DNA of 64,000 bases from Eledone cirrhosa (Eukaryota). Below, piece after piece: positions 54,297 through 64,000 of the stretch. Each line of letters begins with the position of its first letter. Position 1 is the first letter of the stretch. A program made the position numbers and the translations under genes. Under the pieces are notes generated by a model. That model had not been told where the DNA came from. It saw only the letters and a list, made by a program, of their open reading frames with translations, and made no database searches. Location of the stretch: positions 35,402,001-35,466,000 of the forward strand of contig OZ024752.1 in assembly GCA_964016885.1 (NCBI GenBank), read 5' to 3'.

Positions 54297-56230
54297 TTGT
54301 AATTTCTAACATAGCCACAAGGCCACAAATTTGGAGAAGGCGAGAGAGGGTAATTAATAGTCGATTAAATCGATCAGTGTACTTGAACGATACTCTGTTA
54401 TATCGATTAGGGAAGGATGAAAGGCGAAGTTGACCCCCAGCCGGATTTGAACTCAGAACGTAAAGAGTTTAACTAAACATTGCAGATTATTATGTCTGGC
54501 GTCCTAACGATTCTCCCAATCCAATAATCATTGTTTTCAAAAAAAATTGGCACAAGGCCAGCAATTACCCCCAGTGCATTACTGGTACTTTATTTTATCG
54601 ACCCCCCGAAAGGATGAAAGGCAACGTTAACCTCGGCGGGACTTGAACTCGGACCGTAAAGGGCCGAAACTCCATGCTGCAAAGCATGGCGTCCGACCCT
54701 CTACCGATACTGCCAATCCACCATCCAATAATAAAGGTTTTCTAACACAGGCAAAAGGCCAGCAATTACCCCAGTGCATTACTGGTGCTTTATTTTATCG
54801 ACCCCCCCGTAAGGATGAAAGGCAACGTTAACCTCGGCGGGACTTGAACTTGGACCGTAAAGGGCCGAAACTCCATGCTGCAAAGCATGGCGTCCGACCC
54901 TCTACCGATACTGCCAATCCACCGTACCTCAATGTGGTATAAATATGGTTTTCTGATTTAGGCACAAGGCCAAATCAATAATTTGGGGAGAGGGGAAAGT
55001 CGATTAAATCGACATCAGTGCATTACTGGTACTTTATTTTACCGACCCCGTAAGGATGAAATGCAAAGTTAACCTCGGCGGGATTTGAACTCAGACCGTA
55101 AAGAGTCGTAACTCTATGCTGCAAAGCATGGCGTCCAACCCTCTACCGATACTGCCAATCCACCATCCAATAATAAAGGTTTTCTAACGTAGGCAAAAGG
55201 CCAGCAATTTTGTAGGGTGGAGGGTGGTGATGTGGGGTCGGGGTGGAGTCGAAGATAAAATCAATTAAATCGATTAAATAGATTCTACTGATCCATTAAT
55301 ATAAGGTTTTATCGATCCCTGAGAAAGATAAAAGGAAAAGTTGACCTCGGCGTGATTTGAACTTATAAAGTAAACCGTTAGCGACTTTACCAATCCACCG
55401 CCCTCTAATTTAGACACAAGGCAACTGTTTGGAGATAAGGTAGGGGTGTGGGGGGGGGGGTAATCGATTACATTGATCTCAGTGCATGAGTGGTACGTTG
55501 TTTCATTGATCCCCGGAAGAATTAACGGCACAGTTGACCAGGGCGGAATTTGAACTAAGAAAGTTGAGAAACAGAGAGCCATAAGGAATACTTACTATAG
55601 ACTCTACCTATCCATAACCCTCTAATTTAGACACCAGGCAATTATTTAAGGGGTCAGTGTGTGGCGGAGAGGGGGGGGCTGTTCGAGTATATCGATCCCA
55701 GTGTATGACTGGTATTTTATTTTCTCTATCCTGGAGGGATATGAAAGACAAATTTGACCTCAACGGGAATTAAACTGAGAACGTAATGAGTCGTAATTAA
55801 ACGTTGCAAGACATTTTGACTTGCACCTTAATGACTCTGCCAAACCAATTATAATGCTTCTATTTTCGGCACAAGGCCAGCAATTATCCCAGTGTATTAC
55901 TGGTACTTTATTTTATCGACCCCGTAAGGATGAAAGGCAAAGATAATCTCGGCGGGATTTAATAATAATTGTTTCTACTTTAGGCACAAGGCCAGCAATA
56001 ACCCAGTGTATTACTGGTACTTTATTTTATCGACCCCGTAAGGATGAAAGGCAAAGATAATCTCGGCGGGATCTAATAATAATAATGGTTTCTTATATAG
56101 ACACAAGTCAATCAATTTTGGGGGAGGGAAAAGTCGATGAAATCGACCCCAGTGCGTGATTGGTACTTTATTTTATTGATCCCGTAAGGATGAAAAGCAA
56201 ACGTAATCTCGGCGGGATTTAAACTCAATA
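54297..56230 (-). mobile_element. Head-to-tail array of about ten SINE copies of the dominant family
   Basis: CACAAGGCCAGCAATT / ATCGACCCC / GGATTTGAACTC motifs recur every 110-200 bp, all on the same strand. Confidence 0.9.
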
Positions 56231-56354
56231 ATAATAATAATAATATTAATAATAATAACAATAACAACACCAACAATGATAAGCGCTAGGTGTCGGGAAA
56301 GTACCCGGCAAGAAATGGAAACAAAACTGAGGAAAAACACAAATAATAACAATA

Positions 56355-56365
56355 AAGATGATGGC

Positions 56366-56398
<33 letters not shown>

Positions 56399-56695
56399 GG
56401 TGGTGGTGGTGGTGGTGATGATGATAATTGTGGTGGTGGTGATGATGATGATAATGATGGTGGTGGTGGTGGCGACGACGACGATGATGATGATAATGGT
56501 AAAAATGATGGTGGTGGTGGTGATGGTGGTGGTGGCGATGATGGTTGATGATGCTAGTGGTAAAAATGATGGTGATGATGTTGATGATGAGTATGATAAG
56601 GATAGTGATGATGATAAATGATGATGATAAATGATGATGATAATGATGATGATAATGATGATGATAATGATGATGATGATGATGAAAATAATGGA
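56355..56695. repeat. (GAT)n/(GGT)n trinucleotide field
   Basis: Seen directly. Confidence 0.95.
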
Positions 56696-57105
56696 TGAAA
56701 ATGATATCTTTTATTGTCCGGAAGGGTTCGAGACTTTGGCCAGCGGACAGCGGACAGGAAGGAGTTTAGCATAAAAGCAAAACACAAGCAAAGAAACACA
56801 AAACTCCTTATAGAGAGAGGGAAGGGATAAAGAATGCGGTGGGAGGGGGGGGGGAGCTATATCGAGTAAAGAACAACGACGAAATCACTAAGAAGAATAA
56901 ATACATATAAAAATTACAACAACAAAATAAAAACAAAGCTCAATTAAGCTACTGTATATGTAAAATACGTTTTAGCGTAAACCAAGTAACTCAGGAATAA
57001 AGCTGAATATTTTGAGTGTAAAACATTCTTCAAAGTGAAAACAAAAGTGAAAGTACACAAGCTTATTTAGATCAAGGGGAAAATATGATTTAGAATCCTA
57101 TATAT

Positions 57106-57326
57106 AGGCGCAGGCAGGCATGGCTGTGTGGCTGTGTGGTTAAGGAGTTCGCTACATAACCAATGTAGTTCGAGGTTTAGTTTTAGTCATGTTACCACTA
57201 CACCTTGGGCAAGTGTCTTTTTTAAAGCTTCCGTGCTTCTGTTTGGTCAATTCCTAATGCCTTGTGTCTTGTCAGTGGAATATGGCGAACGGAAACTGTA
57301 GAAGCTCGTCGCGCGTATATACACAC

Positions 57327-57364
<38 letters not shown>

Positions 57365-57790
57365 CTCAAACAACTCGAATAGTTATATATATATATATAA
57401 CTCGAATAGTTACATACATTTATATATATATATATAATATATATAAATATATATAACTATATATATACATACATTTATATATATATATATATAATATATA
57501 TAAATATATAACACTATATATATACATACATTTATATATATATAAATATATATCACTATATATATATATTTACATACATATATATATATATATATACTTA
57601 CACATATATATATATATATATATATATCTTTATACATGTGTGCGCGTCTGTGTGATGTATGTGTATATATATATGGTGTGGTGTGTGGTGTGTGTGTACG
57701 TGTTTTAACGTTTGTGTCTGTATTTGTGTTTATGTTCCGTCACTTAAGGAGTTCAACAAAAAATAGATCGATAAATTAAGTACTAGTCTT
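57106..57790 (+). mobile_element. tRNA-derived SINE with an expanded internal microsatellite
   Basis: GGCGCAGGC..ATGGCTGTGTGGTTAAG...CACCTTGGGCAAGTGTCTT...ACGGAAACTGTAGAAGC; 3' end GATCGATAAATTAAGTACTAG. Confidence 0.6.
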
Positions 57791-58559
57791 TAAAATAATA
57801 ATTGTTTCTACTTTAGGCACAAGGCCAGCAATTATCCAGTGCATTACTGGTACTTTATTTTATCGACCCCGTAAGGATGAAAGGCAAAGTCAACCTCATA
57901 AAATAATAATAATAAGAAGAAAAATAATAATAATAATGATTTCTTTATTTTTTAATCATAATAATAACAACTACTGTGGTCGATGTGATTGACTAAATCA
58001 AAGGGGTTGCTCCAGCAAAGCCGAGCTGTCTGGTGATTGAAAACCAGTAAAAGAATAAAAAGAAAGAAAAAATATATCTTTGCCAACATAAAAAAAAAAA
58101 TCAAAAAATAAAAAGAAAGATGCATACTTTTCATATACAGATGTGATTATCGAATCAGATATAGATGTGATTGAATTGAATCATCTATACGTGTGATCGA
58201 ATCATCGATATACTGGACTAAATTTCTATTTCGGAATAGAGTGTCTTTAATTTGTGAAACTTCATTTTGTGACTAACATCCACCCACGCGTAATGAAAGT
58301 ACTTCATTTTGGGTAGTGTTTTCTAAAGTTCATATATGTGTTACACATGAAATAACGTTTCTACTACCTACCTATGTAATACTAGTAATAGTCAAAGTAC
58401 TCACGGACACACTTGATCACACATAAACACACACATACTTACATACACGTACATACACACACATATATACAAATAAAGGCAGTCGAGGTAAAGTTCATTG
58501 AAGAGTCGTTTAAGAAAATATTTAATCCTAATGTTTGTTCATGTATACGAAAATATATG

Positions 58560-61300
<2,741 letters not shown>

Positions 61301-62168
61301 CGGTTATGGAGCGCTTGACTGTTCACTTGTAATGTTCGAGGTGAAGAAGAAAAAAACCTAATATTTAATAGTGTCTTCGTGATATGAGTCTTATCTGCAG
61401 TTAAAGAAATATGCATTATTGCGAGGAATGCAGCACAATTAAATCCCAAGACTCGATCTTCGGCCATGCTACATAGATTTTTATCACACACACATACACA
61501 CACACAAGCAGTCTCACACACACACACATACGAACAAAGACACATATATGTAATATAATATAATAATAGTAATAAGCGCGCGTGTTCTTGCGTGTGTGTG
61601 TGTGTGTGTGTGTTCGTGTATATGTGTGGGTATGTGCGCGCGCCTGTGTGTGTATGTGTGTATGCGTATGTATACGTGTACGTGTGTGTGTGTGCGTGCG
61701 TGCGTGTGTGTGTATAAATAGATAGAATGGAAAATTGACAGACATACAGACATGGACAGATAGATAGATATATAGAGAGTGATTAACAAATACTGATATC
61801 CTTATATACAGATAGGTGGATACATATAAATATATATTTGTATATAAGCCGTGTATGTCTTACAAGAATTATACACGTAATATATAATATAATCTTTAAA
61901 AATCTGGCCTTATTTTAAAAACTCTGGCCTTATATAATTCATATGTTATATATATATTTTCCCTCGCCTCATCTAAATCTAATGAATATAATTCAAACAA
62001 AATATATATTTAACACCATATCTAGTATTCGTAGAAGTACATTATGTAATTTTCTTCATTTTTTTGTCGCTTTTTTTTTAAATTTAAATTTAATATTTTC
62101 TCTTCAAACCCATTATAGCATTTTAATAATTAATAACTAATTGCTTAATAATTCATTGATTAACTTAC

Positions 62169-62250
62169 CGAAACTATTTGTGATAAATCCAAAAAAATGT
62201 AGTAGCAAAACAGATCTAATAAACGGTGGTAATTCCTGTCCATGGAGCAT
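62169..62250 (-). CDS. Candidate first coding exon with a signal-peptide-like sequence, MLHGQELPPFIRSVLLLHFFGFITNSF(G)
   Basis: ATG at 62250, 27 codons plus 1 nt, consensus donor G|GTAAGT (phase 1), unique sequence. Confidence 0.4.
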
Positions 62251-62839
62251 CTCAATATTTAGCAGCCGTTGTTATTTTCAGATTGAAATCTACGATATCA
62301 ACACAATTTTAATAATGTAGCTTCTCCACTACATATGTTCCGATATGAATAGCATTTCTTTTGCACATTAATAGAACTATGTGTGATGTAAACAAATACA
62401 TGTATTATTATTTCGTCAGTGTTGTCTTAAATTACTAAATAAATAACATATAGATTGTGTACCACGGAAAGTAACAATAGAACTAACGAAGAAAGCAGCC
62501 ATCCAAGCAACTATGAGTGAGAACGTTCGAATGAATGATATTACGGTGCGTGTAGTTGACCATGAGACTGAATGATTGGCTGGTCTATCTAAACAGTTGG
62601 ATATGAAGACAAATGGATAGCATCTTATTGATGTTATTATGTTTGGAATGGCTGTTGTCGGCGTTAATTGTATCGTTAATATAAGACGTCTTTAGAAAAT
62701 GAACATAGTTCATTTAACGTGTCTGCTATGATACTATTACTTTTTCTTTTTCTTCTTCTTTATTATCCTGCATTTCCCTACCAAACGAGAGGAGGACTGT
62801 AGTATAAGCACAGTCGTCATTAAAATAAGCAGGCATGTT

Positions 62840-62884
<45 letters not shown>

Positions 62885-63334
62885 TGTTAACCTGTCAAAT
62901 TTATAAAATAGGAAAAATAATTTTAAGAAAAAGAAAAAGGAAAAAAAAAAAAAAATCAACCCCTTAAACCGTAGACTTAAACTCAACTGGATTATAACAT
63001 TCTAAGAATATAGAAAGAGTTCTATAAAAAATAGTTTAAAGTAAGATCAATGTTATTGAAACTAAGGAAACGGTATTTCTGTATAGATTCTTCATTTTAC
63101 AAAACAAATGAAAGAGGAAATAAGAGAGATTAGAATGAGTATGTTAGGTTTAATCTGAAGTTCTCAATTAGTGTGTGTATTATAATATATGATATAGTAA
63201 AGAAGAACTGGAGATTTGGAGTACTGTAGGAGTTATAACGATATGATATGACCAGTTATAATAATATACAAACTGATGTATAGAATATATCATGTATTAT
63301 ATATATATATATATTGTGTGTGTGCGTGTGTGTG

Positions 63335-63385
<51 letters not shown>

Positions 63386-63424
63386 ATATATCCATATATA
63401 CAAATATATATGTAATATATAGAT

Positions 63425-63462
<38 letters not shown>

Positions 63463-63557
63463 AATATTTATTTATATATATATATATAGATATATCCATA
63501 TATACAAATATATATGTAATATATAGATAAAATAAAATATATATATATATACACAAA

Positions 63558-63597
<40 letters not shown>

Positions 63598-63735
63598 CAA
63601 ATTTAATATAAATAATATGTATATATATATATGAATATATATATTAATATAATATAATATATATAAATATATATATGTATATTAAGATATAAATATAATA
63701 TATATACAAATATATATATATAATGTATAGATATA

Positions 63736-63842
<107 letters not shown>

Positions 63843-64000
63843 TGTGTGTGTAGTGTGTGTGTAGTGTGTGTGTGTTATGGAGCGAAATATTTTTCGAAAA
63901 TAATGTAAATCGTCATTTAACAAAATTAAGAGGAAGATAACGAAGACAAGGATGATATTGCTGCTGCTGCTGATAAGGAGGGGGAAGGGGGAAGATGACA

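Noticed and set aside
56276-56621. Gly/Asp-rich ORFs
   Set aside because: They are translations of a (GAT)/(GGT) trinucleotide field.

Overview
AT-rich eukaryotic DNA that looks like octopus/coleoid cephalopod genome, judged from the SINE families and the very high (TA)n/(CA)n/(TATG)n content. There is no long intact protein-coding ORF; almost every ORF in the supplied track is a microsatellite artefact. The window contains many tRNA-derived SINEs, five copies of a microsatellite-targeting RTE-like non-autonomous retroposon, fossil hAT, CR1/L2-like and R4/Dong-like elements, and several minisatellites including a 4.2-kb 61-bp array. The strongest hidden signal is a set of short fold-back (palindromic) inserts, mostly in (TA)n tracts. 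They carry minimal type-I hammerhead ribozyme motifs of the kind known from Penelope-like element pLTRs: about ten recognisable cores in several families. One core shows a compensatory base-pair change, one family folds back at the putative helix II, and one fold-back has a tRNA-like head. On the minus strand there are also candidate exons of a secreted proline-rich protein gene or pseudogene whose three codon lesions (ATA, TAG, TAA) could all be repaired by A-to-G change. All calls were made by eye; no alignment, folding or database search was run.
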